The notes under the pieces were generated by a model. The model was not told where the DNA came from and searched no databases. It worked only from the letters and a program-made list of their open reading frames with translations. Shown here one piece after another: positions 12,498-25,060 of a DNA stretch of 64,000 nt. The translations under genes and the position numbers were made by a program. Every line of letters starts with the position of its first letter. Within the stretch, counting starts at the first letter, position 1. The DNA is from Lama guanicoe (taxonomy: Eukaryota): positions 250,001 through 314,000 of the forward strand of contig MU054037.1 in assembly GCA_013239625.1 (NCBI GenBank), given 5' to 3'.

Positions 12498-15400
12498 GAT
12501 TACAGAGCTCAGTCTCTGTTTCTAGAACAGGCTTCAGTGATTAGGCTTGTTTCCCAGTCGAGGCAGCTGAGGCACAGAGGAGCCATTTGTTTAAGGTTCC
12601 GTGGCTGGATGGGCCTGAGCTGGGAAAGATCTCTTATCTTGGAGCTTGGCTCTTCTCTCCTGCAGAGAGGTAGGGGCACAGAGAGCTAAGAGTGTGGTCC
12701 GTGGGCTCCCATCTTGGCTCTGCTGCTTCCTGGGGTAAGTTACTTGTCCGTGACTCCTTCGCCTCTCCTGTGAAATGGAGAAAACAGTAGTGTCTTCTTC
12801 ACAGGTTTGTGCAAGACTGAGAACCATGCCTGACACATAGCAATCACAGCCACACTGGTGGCTGTATTGAGAATGAGAAGGGGACAGAAGTTACTGGTGG
12901 AGTCAAGGGGGCATTTTCAGACAGGAAGACCGTGGAGTTGAAAAAGAACACTGGCAGGTGAAGCTGTGTTTGGAGAGCTGACTGACCACCTGGAAAGGGA
13001 CGCATACCTGAATATTTCTAAGCCAGGGGCTGCTCGGGTCACAGGAGTGGATGTGAAGATGCCAGCATGTTCCTGAAGCCCTCCCAGCCCCAGCACTGGT
13101 CACTGGTGCTCAAAACCAGAGTCCTTTCGATGTCTCCTTCCTCCTGGTCTGCCTCTACCCACAGCCCCTTATCCTGTCCCCAGGCGTTCCTGTCCTCCCC
13201 AGCAGGCACTCAAGTTTGTTTCAGGTTCTGAAAGTAGGAAGGTTTTAGTGTGACAAAATGCTGGGGGTGGGGGTAGTGAGGGCATTCTAGACACGCATGA
13301 CCCATGTGGCAGGTACTAGAGAGAGACCAGTGATGGACCTGAAGTCAGGTGTGTAGTAATGACAGGCCCAGGCATGACTTTCGAGGAATCTGTTCCTGCC
13401 AACCTGAATCCTCAACATGGCATAGAAATACTACCTGAGTACCAATAACCAATGATCAGGAGTACTGAGTATGTACCTTAACCTATACCTGCCTCTGCCA
13501 ATCTCAGTCCCATTTGGGCCATGACTTTCCATCATCATGGGTGATATTGTAGCTCATGGCAGCTATGACAGGAATGGGCGCTTAGTAGGTCCCGGATGCG
13601 GAAACTCATTACTCGTTTGTATAATGCCTTATACATCGATTATTAACATCTGCTGTAAATAAATAGATACTTCATTTGCAGATTGCTCTTCTCCAGTTAG
13701 AGTTGTCTTTAGTCAGGGCAGATCCGGTGTCAGGTGACTATTTCCTGCCAACATGGAATGTTAGTCAGGGGTTGTAGTTGCTGATAACAAATTAACAGGA
13801 GACAAAAGGGGGAACATTTTCATGGTACCTTGCCATTAGGGAATCTTTCCAAGGCTGCTGTAACGTAAACACTTCTGACTCGTCTGTGCTTGGGCTTCTT
13901 TATAGACAGTGCCCACAGGAAGCAGGATCTGGAAGCCAGGGATGAGGTAAGCAAGGCTGGAACTGGATCTGGGAGATCTGAGTCGCTGCCCCAGTGGCCT
14001 GGGCAGTGGGCTTGAGAGCCGGCCAGGGATCTGGGTAGAGCAGCCAAGAAGGAACTGGGCTGCTGTAAGCAGGACAGAATGAATAAGGCTTTGGAGAAAG
14101 CAAAATCCCAGTAGGGACAGAAAATAGAGTAGCTGGAGGAAGCCGGGACTTGGGAGAGCCCGGGGCCTAAGCAGGGTTTGGCGGTGGTCTCCAAAACTCG
14201 GGCTGCCAGGTCCGTGAGCCTGCGCCCAGGCAGTCTCAGGCCCTGAGGACTATTTTGTGCTTGCTTTGTGGGGTCTTTATGTTGGACGTGGTACAGTAGT
14301 GAGCCAGCACTGGCAGGTGTGAGGGGGCGAGGCCCCCCAGGAACCGGGAAATGTTAGTCATGCCTGAGCACTGATAGAAGATACGGCGCCTCTTCAAAAC
14401 AGCTGCCGCAGGAGGGGGACCCGCAGCCCGCCAGCCTGCATTACAACCCACGGGCTTGGTTTTGTCTTTAATTATTAAAGTCATGGCTGTTGAAACACTC
14501 ACCTGAAACATCTTTGTAAATAATTTTCCCTTCTTGGGGTCAAAAGAGCTCCAGTAGGGAAGGGGCTTTGTGGCTGTGGTTCTGGGCCCCCCAGGTTGCT
14601 CCCTCAGGGAACATACACCTGGGCAACCAGAACATCCAGAGGATGCCCTTGACCATGGATGCCCACCTCTGGGCTTTCTTGCAGATTGGCATTTATTTTG
14701 CGTAAATCCCTAATTCAAGGAGTATAGAGTTTTCCTTTCCATTGTAGACAAGGAAGAAGCTGTGCTGTTGGAAGATGTAAAATATTTAACAGTCTCTTTA
14801 AAAAATTAAACTGCCCAGGAGCTTTTGATTGGTGGTACCCATGGCAACATGCCTGGTTTTCAGGAGCGTCTTCCTGTGGCTTTTAAAAGGGCTCCGCAGG
14901 AGGGATGGGAGGGGACTGGCTGGGAGGCAGAGGGCCCGCCTGCCCTGCCTAGATCAGAGGCTGGGCAAGTAGCAGGGCTGAGTGACGCCTTCAGGGAGAC
15001 GAAGCTGGGGGCAGTCTGTTTTGATGAGTAGAGAGGATTAAAGAGGAGGGGGAGGACTTGCCATCCTTTTTGGGCTTGTTCATTCTTTTTGTTTTATTGG
15101 CCTCTGTTCTTCCCTGACACCTCCACGTCTCTGTCCAGCCTCAGGACCTTTGCTCATGCGGTTTCCTTAGCCTGGAGTGCTCTGTCCTCCCTCAGCTGGT
15201 CAGCTCTGCTCATCCTTCAGATCCCAGCTGCAGCAGTGTGTTTTTGGGGAAGCCTTCTCTGACCCTCCAGAGCAAGTAAAACCTGCTGTTTGAGGCTGTC
15301 CTGATTCTGTGGTTCTGGACAGAGCCTTCTTCATAGCATCCGTCTCAGCTGCTTTGTTACACTTGTTTGGGAAATCACATCTGCCTGCCCACCCGCCAGT

Positions 15401-18400
15401 CTCTAGGGTCCATGACGATAGCAGCCAGGGCTTTTTCTTGTCGTCATTCTGTCCCTGGTGCCTGGCATGCACCTGGACCACAGGAGGTGCCCGCTGTCTG
15501 TGGAGCAGATTAATTCACTTATTAAGTTTTCAGTTCTGTCCCAGATTTTGAAAATACAAAGAGAATCAAACACCCCTGCTGTCCTCACAGAATTCCTGAC
15601 CCGGAGCAGCGGGTGAGCTCTCAAGATAGCTATTGAGGGGCAGGGAGAAAATATTATCAGTGAAAGTTCTAGCTATTCTTTAACTCAAATAGGAGAAAGA
15701 TGTAGCTTTTCTATTTATAGTAGTCCAGACTTTATAATTAACTTATAAGTAAATATGCTCAAAGCTGTCTTACTAATAGGGAGATACGATCAAAAGTTTG
15801 GTGACCACTGGTCTGAAAGGAGAGGCAGTAAGTTAGGGTGAGTACGGGATGTGGTAGGGGCCACACAGTTGGGGAGCTGGACTCAGACTGGAGGAGGGCA
15901 TTCCTGATGAAGGCAGGGTGGCATGAGAAGGGCAAATACTTTAATAAGGCTGGAGTATAAGACAAGAGGGCCTGCTGGATGCACCTCCTGGTGTTGGGAG
16001 GGACTGAGAATTGGGTATATGGAAATGGATGAGGCAGGGCCCTGTTTGCAGGATGGACATAGTAGGGACGAGAATTGTGCAAACATATCTTAGGAGAGAG
16101 ATAACCCAGGGAGTGCGTGGAATTCAGAAGAGGGTGATATTTTGGTTAGGAGGGGTCAGGCCTGGTCATGCTTTCACAGTCTACCATGCCCAAGGCCATT
16201 GCAGAAGGGGAAGGAGAGAGAGCTGGGGACTGACTTCAAGCCGCTTTCACAAACCGTCTCAGGGTTAGGCTTCTCTGTCACGTTCTCTTTCATCTACTCT
16301 TCCCTGGGAAAATTGTTACCTTAATGTGATTTAGACATACCCCCTCCCACTGTGGACTATATTTTCTGGGTTACAGAATTGTATATGAACAAGAAAATGG
16401 TGTATGTAAGTGTGCATATTTGATGTGTTCACTTACCTGTGTAATCATATACACTCCTTTCTTTTTAAGCCCCAGGGCTTGAAGTAATTATGTAATTGGA
16501 ATCCACATACTGTGGCTAGATAAGGTGTAATTAAAGAGGAAAGCCTAATTTTGGAAGAATGATAAGAGGTCATTTGACTCATTCTGGGCCCAAATCCAAT
16601 CTTGGAAGAACAGTAAGAGGTCAGTTGGATGTCGGAGCTTGAGGCCACGTGGGAGCCCAAACCGGCCTGTTGGACCGATTGTGTTTGAGTTCCCTGTGAA
16701 AGCTGTTCACTGAGCATCTTCTTGGTACAGGGTCTTGTAGGAGGCCCAGCACGAGTAAGGAAGAGAAAGTCTGGATCTCAGGGAGGACACAGGGGATATG
16801 GGCTGAGGACAATTTGAAGGTCCTAAGCTGGAGATGTGAAGCTTCCTGGGGGTGGAGGGGGAAAGGTGGGTTGGGGAGGGAGTCAAGGTGGCATCTAAGA
16901 TGTGCCTTGAAGGGGAAGGAGGGTTTCAAGGGTGAAGACAAGAACTTTCTAGCACCTTAGAGACACTCAGATAATGTTTGTGGAATGAATGCCAGGCAGA
17001 GGTGGGAGGTGGGAGGAACATGGCCAGGTTGTTAGGTGGCCACTTGCGGTTTGGCGAGGAGGTAGCGCTCACACAGCTCAGCAGTAACGACACCAGGTCG
17101 AGGCCCTCAAGTCTGGAGAGGAGCCTTGAAGGACAGTTGGATGGGGGAAGGGGGGAAGGGAAGACTGGCCAAAGGAGGGGAGTGGTATGGTCTGGAGAAG
17201 GAGATTATCCAGGAGAGAGGGGAGGGGCCCATGGGAAGCAGGGTGGGGCCAGGTGGGCCAAGGTCTCAATTCCTGGTCTTGGCAATAAGGGGGAGGAGAG
17301 GCCTGAGGCCAGGGAAGTAGCTGAGGTGATCACGAGCTTCCCAGCCTGGGAGAATGGTGACACTGGAGCAGGAGGGGTACCAGCTGGTGGGAAGGAGGGT
17401 GTGGGCAGCCACTTGGTGTGTCTGGAGCCCAGAGACCCCTGTTCTAACCCAGCCCTGCCTCTGGCCGACCCTGGAGACCTTGGCCCAGTTCCCTTATCTC
17501 CTGAGTTCTAGTTTTCTTCTTTTGGCGGGTGTGGTGGGGTGGCCACTAGGCATCTACCTCATGGTTCAAGCTCGTCTCAGATAATGGAGTCATTTCAGTC
17601 CTTGGGCTCAGGCAAGGGGATACGTCTGGGCTGGTGATTTGTGAATTCGTGAGGCCACCCTATGGAGGTGAGAGAAGAAACTGCATGGTCCTAGTCGCTG
17701 TCTTCCAGGAGTGGGCAGCGAGTGTGGGGGAGGGGCCCTGGGTGAGCAGGTTGGATGAGGAGTTGGTGGGGAGAGGGTGCTGTCCAGACTCGTAGTCAGG
17801 GTGGTTATGAGACTCTGACATAACCAGTGCATAAATTCTAAACCTGGTCAATGTTGAGGTCACTGCTCTATTCTGGGGTGGAGTAGTGGAGGGGTTATTC
17901 TTCCTGAATTCACAGAAAGGAAATTCTCAGGTCAGAAAAATGGTTAACTCCTTCCCCTCCCTGTCCCCACCCCTCCCATCTTACTCCCCAGCCAGTCAAG
18001 GGAAACTCTGGCCTTGGACCTTTAGAAACACAGTCCATGCAGAGAAGGCTTCCTGACAGAGGAAGACTCGGACAGAGCCTTGGGAAAGGAGAGAAGGAAG
18101 GACTTTCCAGAGGAGAATGACATGGAGTTACATGACAGAATTTAAAATGGACAGTCCAGAAAGGAAGGCATCTGTTTTTTGAGTACCTCATGTGTATACC
18201 AGCTCTGTGCCAGGTCCTTTCATGATCTTTGTCTCATGATCTTTACATCAGTTCTGCCTCTGTTGTCCCATTTTACAGATAAGGCAACAGGATTTGAGAG
18301 ATGGACTAATTTACTCAGGTCTTTGGCTCCAACAGCAACAAATGCCATTTCTGTATTCTGCGAATACCATCTTCTACTGGCTCTCAGGAATGTAGGGAAA

Positions 18401-19230
18401 AAAGGGAATGACTTGTCTTTATGACCCTTATTCCCAGTTAAGCACTTACTTAAAAGTGGGTCCAGCTGCCATCCGGGCTGCAGCATTCCCGTACAGCCAT
18501 ATCTTAGAGCACACCAGGGTCTAAGCCCCTCATTTTACAGATTAGGAAACTGAGGCCCAGAAGGAGAAGAGATTTGCCAAGGTCAGGGGCAGAATGGGGA
18601 TGAGAACCAGAAGAGTCTGCAGACTTGGGGACTTTTATGGCTCTTTTAAGGCCTCCCTTTGGAAAAGTTTGTTTTTAGACGACAATGGAAGCCTTTGTCT
18701 GAAGAGTTGGTCTGGATCTGAAAGGTTCTGTGTGTGTGTGAGCGTGTGTTTTCTTTCCTTCACTTTAACCTCAGATGCCTTTGAACCAGCAGGAAGGATT
18801 CCTTAAGACCAAAGGCATCTGACAGGTGGAAGGGGCGTAGGAAGGAGGGGGAAGATCAGAAACCACAGAAATAGAAGACTAAACTCTAGGCTTGGCTAAA
18901 GGGAATTTTCCAGGTCTGTAAATAATCACTAATGCTTATTGAACCCTCACTGTACACATGATCTTTATGTGTCATTTTATGTAGCTGCTGTGGCCTCCAC
19001 ATGAGATAGGTGTTGTTTTATTGTTCCCATTTCACAGGTGATGGGACTGAGGCTCAAAGAAGCCTAACTTTGCAGAGTTACTGGGACATTGAGCCAGGCC
19101 TCCAACCCAGATCCTCCTGATCAAAAGCTCTGCCTTTATCCCCTGTGGGATTTTATAGGACTAGGAGCTCCAGGTGCCTGAGCTCGTGGGGATGTGTGGC
19201 GCAGCACACTTAGGGAGGTCGCCCTTTTTT

Positions 19231-19432
19231 CAGTGGTTCTCAGCGGAAGCAGTTTTACCCGTGCGGGACATTTGTCCATATCTGGAGATATGTTGGTTGT
19301 CACAGTGTAGAGGGTGCTGCTGGCATCTGGTGGGTAGAGGCCAGCGTGCTCCTACAGGTCTTAGAACGCAGGACAGCCCCACAGTCGAGAGTGACCGCCC
19401 GCAAATGCCAATGTGCCACGTTCAGGACCCTG
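19231..19432. mobile_element. MER20 (hAT-Charlie)
   Basis: CAGTGGTTCTCA...GGGACATTTG...TCTGGAGATA...GGTTGTCAC...GCTGGCATCTGGTGGGTAGAGGCCAG...CAGGACAGCCCCAC. Confidence 0.8.
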
Positions 19433-20870
19433 CCCTTGGGGGACCTGGTTGTATTTTTATCTCAGGCACGGGGCTGGTGGAAGGCCATCTGCAGAACTTG
19501 AGTTGTTCCCTCACCTCCAGGGACTTGCATTGTGCCTTAATGGATGTTTGCAGTTTGGGCTTCTTGCTGGCTGAGCCCTGAGGGCCTGGCGTGGTGGTTG
19601 TGGTGGGTGGAGGCCAGCATGAAAAATTCCAGCCAAGCTGACAGGCCAGGGTGGCCCAGGACTGCGGACAAGCCACAGCAGGTGAGAGGTGGGTGGGGTC
19701 CAGTCTGGCTGCTGCGAACCCATTCAGCTATTTCTCTGAGTGTAACTGAAATAGGAACTCAGATCCAACTAACAGTCTATTTTTTTCTCTTCGTAAAATG
19801 ACTGCTACAATTCCTCACCATCGAAATGTCTGAGAAAGGGGTACACACATTGCAGACGCACTTGGATGTGACCATGCTGCTTGCCAAACTCCTTTGTTAC
19901 TAGTTACTGTTTAATCGAACTCTCCTCTGCCCGGGGTCACTTAGAGCAGAACTGCAAACACTCTGGGGAAAGCCCGGGGACCACTGGCCTTCGCTTGAGC
20001 TTCTCCCAGCAATTTTATCTGCACGTGGACAGTGGCTGAGCCCCGCTCTCCTGAGGAAAACATCTACTGCCTGACCCCCACCCCCTCTTCCAGGTCAGAC
20101 ACAGGAACGGGGTGTGTGTGTCCTTGTCTCAGGTGGTGTGCGTCACCAGGTAAGAGTGTGCCTCTGCAGCAGGCCTCCCTCTGTGACCCTGGTGCCAAGC
20201 TTCCCACCGCAGCGCTTTTCCCCTGCTGGTCCCCCTTCCCCTCCATCACCTGAGCCCTCCTTCCCGAAGCTCTTTGGCCACTGCAGCTGCCAGGTCACCT
20301 CCCTCGTCCAGATGCTGTCTGCATCAGGGACTCCTTGGTCATTTATCCAGTCATTAAATTCTCCTCTTCCTCTGTCACCTTCTGACCGCGCCAGTGGCCC
20401 AGTCACTCATTAGCTATGTGAACTTGGGTGAGTCACTTAACCTCTGGAGAAGCAACATAATGCTGAGCCAGGTGACCTCAGTTCCCTCCCAGCGTCCGTG
20501 TCAAGTGAGAGGCACAGCTGTGGGACCTGGGGTGTTTCTCCAAGGTTGGTGGAAGTTCACGTTCCCCTTTGATCTGTACAGATTCATGAGGAACTCGGAA
20601 CTCGGAACTCATTGTAAGGAAACACCCCACAAACTACATAAGCAAACTTCTTTAATATTAATTCTTTATTCCGCAAATGTTTGTTCAGCACCTGCTGTAT
20701 CTAGAGGTGTGTGATGGGTCCAGCAGGGCTGTAAGATGGGTCTTACATAGCCTTCAAGGAGCCCACAGCCGTGTAGGGTAGTGGGTGTGTCCCTACAAAA
20801 CCATAACAGAGTAGCCTCTCCAGCATATGGCCCTGTGTCCCTCCTTAGTACCAGCTATCACAGTTGTCTG

Positions 20871-20901
20871 CACACACACACACACACACACCCCACACAC
20901 A
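20871..20901. repeat. (CA)n microsatellite, interrupted
   Basis: CACACACACACACACACACA CCC CACACACA. Confidence 0.9.
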
Positions 20902-23900
20902 TACCGAAGTTCCATAAGAGATGGAATTTTTACCAGTCTCCTTCACATGCCTAACATATAACAAGCAGTGAGTATCTGTTGAATGAATGCAGTGAAGAAT
21001 GGCACCATTTGACTTGGATTTTACAGGAGGGTAGGAGTGAGAGCTATATAGATGGGGCACTGGCCAGGGATGGGGTAGGGTGGAGGCAGGAGGAGGCAAT
21101 GGCGTGAGCAAATGCACAGGGATGGTAGAGCCCAGGCATGCTGGTCCCTTGGGATAGGACCAGGCAGGATGCAGAAGGACTGGAAAGGTGAGTTGGGGCC
21201 AGAGGGTGAAGAGCCTCGAGTTCAAGCTTATGTTAAAGGGACTAGGTTTACCCTACAGTAGGATGACCTCAGTTTCCCGGGGTGGCTTTGCTGGTTGCCC
21301 CAGTGTGATTATTAATAGTGCCCCCTTTCACTCTCAGGTGTCCTGTTTGGATGATAATCATACGGTCCCACCATCCTACAGGCTGTGTGGAGCCCTGAAG
21401 GGTTCACAGTGGGACATGGTCAGGCTGGCAGTGGGAAAGCCAGTGCCCACAGTGCTTGGTGGAGCCTGGAAACAGGAGATGAGACATCTCCAGGCCCAGT
21501 AGTTCAGGCTGGAGCCCAAGGAGCTGTGGTGACAACTAACAGGAGCAGATGGTCAAAAAAGAGATGAAAAGCCAGAGTGGCACCACACGTGGGCTCTGAG
21601 ATCTCCAAAGCGGCTTTTCCAAAGATAGACCCATTCTGAAGCCCAGGCATCCCGGAGAGGCATTTTTCTAGCTTCAAGTTACGACTGATAAGAAACCAGT
21701 GTACGTTGTGCCTGTTTCCTGAGCAATTAAAAATCAGAGAAGCTTCTTCCCAGCCTCCAAAACATTCTGGTGAAACACACTGGTATTCACTCTCCTAAAC
21801 CCCAGCATTGTTCCTTGGAATTTAAAATAGGTTATGAATGTGCCTGATGTCAGGAAAGATAAATCTGTGAGGAGGACTGTAGTCAATACATTTCCTTTTT
21901 AAGTAGAAACAATATAAAGGGCTTGATTCAGTCCCGAATCAATCTCACTTTGTTGCCATGATTGTGTAAAACCTGAACTGCTTTATGTCTGTCACACTGT
22001 TTATGTTCCCCCAGTGCTCCCCATCTCAGCCGGCCCTGCACAGAGTCAAAGCCTTTTTAGGCCATGCACAGCTCTCTCCTCTCGGGGCTGTTTTCTTGTC
22101 AGCTGCTCAAGGGTTGTGCTCCGAGCAGTGATTTTATTTAATCTCTAGGGGTGCTCTTCGGGGTGGCTATTCAGTGGTGCCCCCAGCTGAGCTTCCTTTG
22201 GCCAAGAGGGTTGGAAGGCTGAACTCTTTGCCTTTTTTTTTCTTCCCATTAAAGAGATGATTACATTTACAATCGTTGACACATACACACGGTTCACAGG
22301 TCAAAGCACTGTAAAAATGTATGCGTTGAAAATTTCATTCTCACCCCTCCCATGTCCACATCCCTCTCTCCGCGAGCCTGATCCCCATTCGGTGGGCTGG
22401 GCATAGCTTCCAGCTTGCCCACGACAGCCCTCGTTTACTTTCTTTGTCCCAGTGAATCATCAATAACACCCTCTTTCATTCTCAAAAGTACGGTTTAGGT
22501 GATAAATGATAAATTCCCCTAAAGACTGCTGATCACTTTTTTTCGTTTCTTATATAATCCTTCCAATATTTCTATATGTAGATACATACGTAGGGGGGTG
22601 ATGACATACATTGCCTTTGTCACTTAACAGTGTATTCTGGAAAACTCCTTATCAGTAGAAATGGAGTTTCCTCGTTCTGTTAAACTGTCTTTGGATTAGA
22701 GTGTTTGTAGAGACTGGTAGACAGTGACCTTTCCCTTGGTTTACCAATTTAATTACTATTTAAGAGTTGCTCTGTTTACTGAGGGAAGATACAAAAGGCT
22801 GTGGGAAATGAAATCAGCTTGCTTCACTTAGGAAGGCCAGCTGAGTAGTAAACTCATCCAGGAAGCATTTATTAAGCACCAGCTTTATGTCTGAGATGGT
22901 ACTAGGCGCTTAGGATGAAGTGGGTCCTCCCTTCATCTCCACTTGTCTAAATGCTTCAGGATCCAGCTCAGGTGCCTCAGCCCTTCCCGAAGACTTCCCT
23001 GGTTCCCTGGCCAGAATTCTTTGGCATCTCCATCCATCCGCTCACCCATCCATTGTCCACCCATCCATTCCATTTATCCCTTTCATAAACCAGCCTTTAC
23101 CGAGTACTTCCTTGTGCCAAGACCCATGCTAGAGATGAACCAGAGGATGAGCCCTTCGCCGTTGGGGACAGAGAGGCAGCGGAGTGAACGGGCACTTACA
23201 GTGAGTGCAGTGTCGTAGCTGCCGTGCTGGCATCACCAGTGCTCGGTAGGGGAAGCACAGAGAGTCGGGAGCCTGATTGCTGTTGAGCTCTGGGGAGTTG
23301 GGGAGGCTTTCAGAAGGCACTCCCCTGATGGGACTTAATTCTTACTTTCCACTGTAAGTGTTTGCCTCCTCTTCACTGTTACACTGAGGTTCGTGTTCTC
23401 CTCAGCTCTGGACTCTTCTCCTGTCACTGGGACCTTTGACGTAGTCCTCTGCATTTAATAGCCACTCAGATTTTTAGTAAGTGAGAAAAGAAGCCCAGAT
23501 TAGTTAAGTAGACCTAGCCTCAAGGATCTTAACATCAAAAAGGTAGGTGAGATGTTCTTTGCTGCCTTTGGCCTTCATGATTCATCTAGGCAAAGCATCC
23601 TGCAAAGGTCCCTCTGAATTAGTGCGTGACCTTCCCTTCAGTCTTTTTTTCCCCACCCTAAGCAGTCCCTGTCCCCACCGCATCCATTACCACTGCCATA
23701 GTAAGAAACGTCCAGACGCTGACTAATGCTGAAGAGAAAGAGCTGTGTGAATGGAGCCCCAAGTCCCACCCCCTCTTGGGTCTTGGTTTCCCCCGTGGAA
23801 GATGCGGGGTTGGGGTATGACCCTAAGGACACTGCACCTCTGACGTTTGGGCAACAATGCTCTCAAGAATCAGCCTGGTGCCTCCACCAGCTCCTTCTTT

Positions 23901-24524
23901 TATCTTCTGCTAATAAATCCAGCTTCCCTTGCAGTTTCCTGGTGCCACAGGGGGTGATCAGTGCATGATAAGAGATAGCCAGGCCAGGGAAGTGACCTTG
24001 TAATAAAGTTGAAAGGGCCACTGGGAGAGCAGGGATGGCCGGACGTGTGTCCGTGAGCCCCTGTGCTGTGTGCTGTGGTTGACACTGAGCGAGGTTCCAG
24101 GCTGCAGCTGCGGAGGAAGCGAATAGAGTCGGGTTGTCACGGAAGGGGGTTCTGGCCGATGTTAGCAGACGTTTCCCTAAAACTGCGCAGAGCAGCCTTT
24201 CGTGGGAAGAGGCGAGATTTGTTTGACAGCTCACACTCTCCTCTCTCTTGCCATCCTCTTCTTTCCGCAGTAGCTTTTCACAGGAAATGGGAAGGCAGGA
24301 CAGTGTTTCCCTGGTAAGTCAATTTTGGATGGATGTTAACGTGTTGACTGTGCGCCTGGCACTGCACTGGGTGTCTTGCATTCCATGAAAGCAGTGCAGC
24401 TTTGGGGAGCATGAGAATCATGGGGTTGGGGGGTGCTTGTTAGAAATGTACACTCCTCCCTGATGGGATCCAGGAATCTGTATTTTCAACACTGTTCCCC
24501 ACGTTTGTACAGGTTATCTGAATA

Positions 24525-25060
24525 TTTTCAGCTGCAAGTATTAAACTCCAACTCACGCTGGCTAACAGTAGGGAAACGCAGTTGTCTGTCAAGTGGGAGT
24601 GGTGCCCTGCACAACGCCAAGACCCACTGTTCACGTGGCCGGCAGCATGAAGTGTGCTCCCCTCCCCCCGGGGTCAGGCAGTGGGGTGATTCTGAATCCA
24701 GAGGTAGGGCGGGCTTTGAAGTTGATTCAGTGGCTCAGTGATGTCAGCAGGGCCCCAGGTTCTTCTGTCTCTGCCATCTTTGGTGCTTGCTTCATCTGTA
24801 GGCTGGGAGTAAGACAGTTGCAGCCTTTTGTCAGACACAGCCCCATCCAGAGGCTTAGAAGGACACATATTGATCCCTGGCACTCTCTGGAGCTAGGAAG
24901 CTACCTGAAGCACCCCCAGCACCTTTCCATGACGCCTCCGTGGCTGGAGCTGGGTCACCTGCCCACCCAGGCCAATCCCTGCTTGACAGGAGGCACCTGC
25001 GCTTCTGGAGTCATCTGGAGGAGGGTGGGGAGCCAGACAAAGCAGAGGCTCTGTTAGGAA
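24525..25060. mobile_element. Old MaLR LTR (MLT1J/K/L-like)
   Basis: TTTCAGCTGCAAGTA...AACTCACGCTGGCTAA...TTGATTCAGTGGCTCAGTGATGTCAGCAGGGCCCCAGGTTCTTCTGTCTCTGCCATC...GAGCTGGGTCACCTGCCCACC. Confidence 0.55.

Noticed and set aside
13360..13800. Possible ERVL/LTR remnant or retrocopy
   Set aside because: No TSD, poly(A), ORF or consensus I could firmly recognise.
16978..17511. 177-aa ORF
   Set aside because: Purine/G-rich low-complexity sequence, non-ATG start, no splice or domain support.
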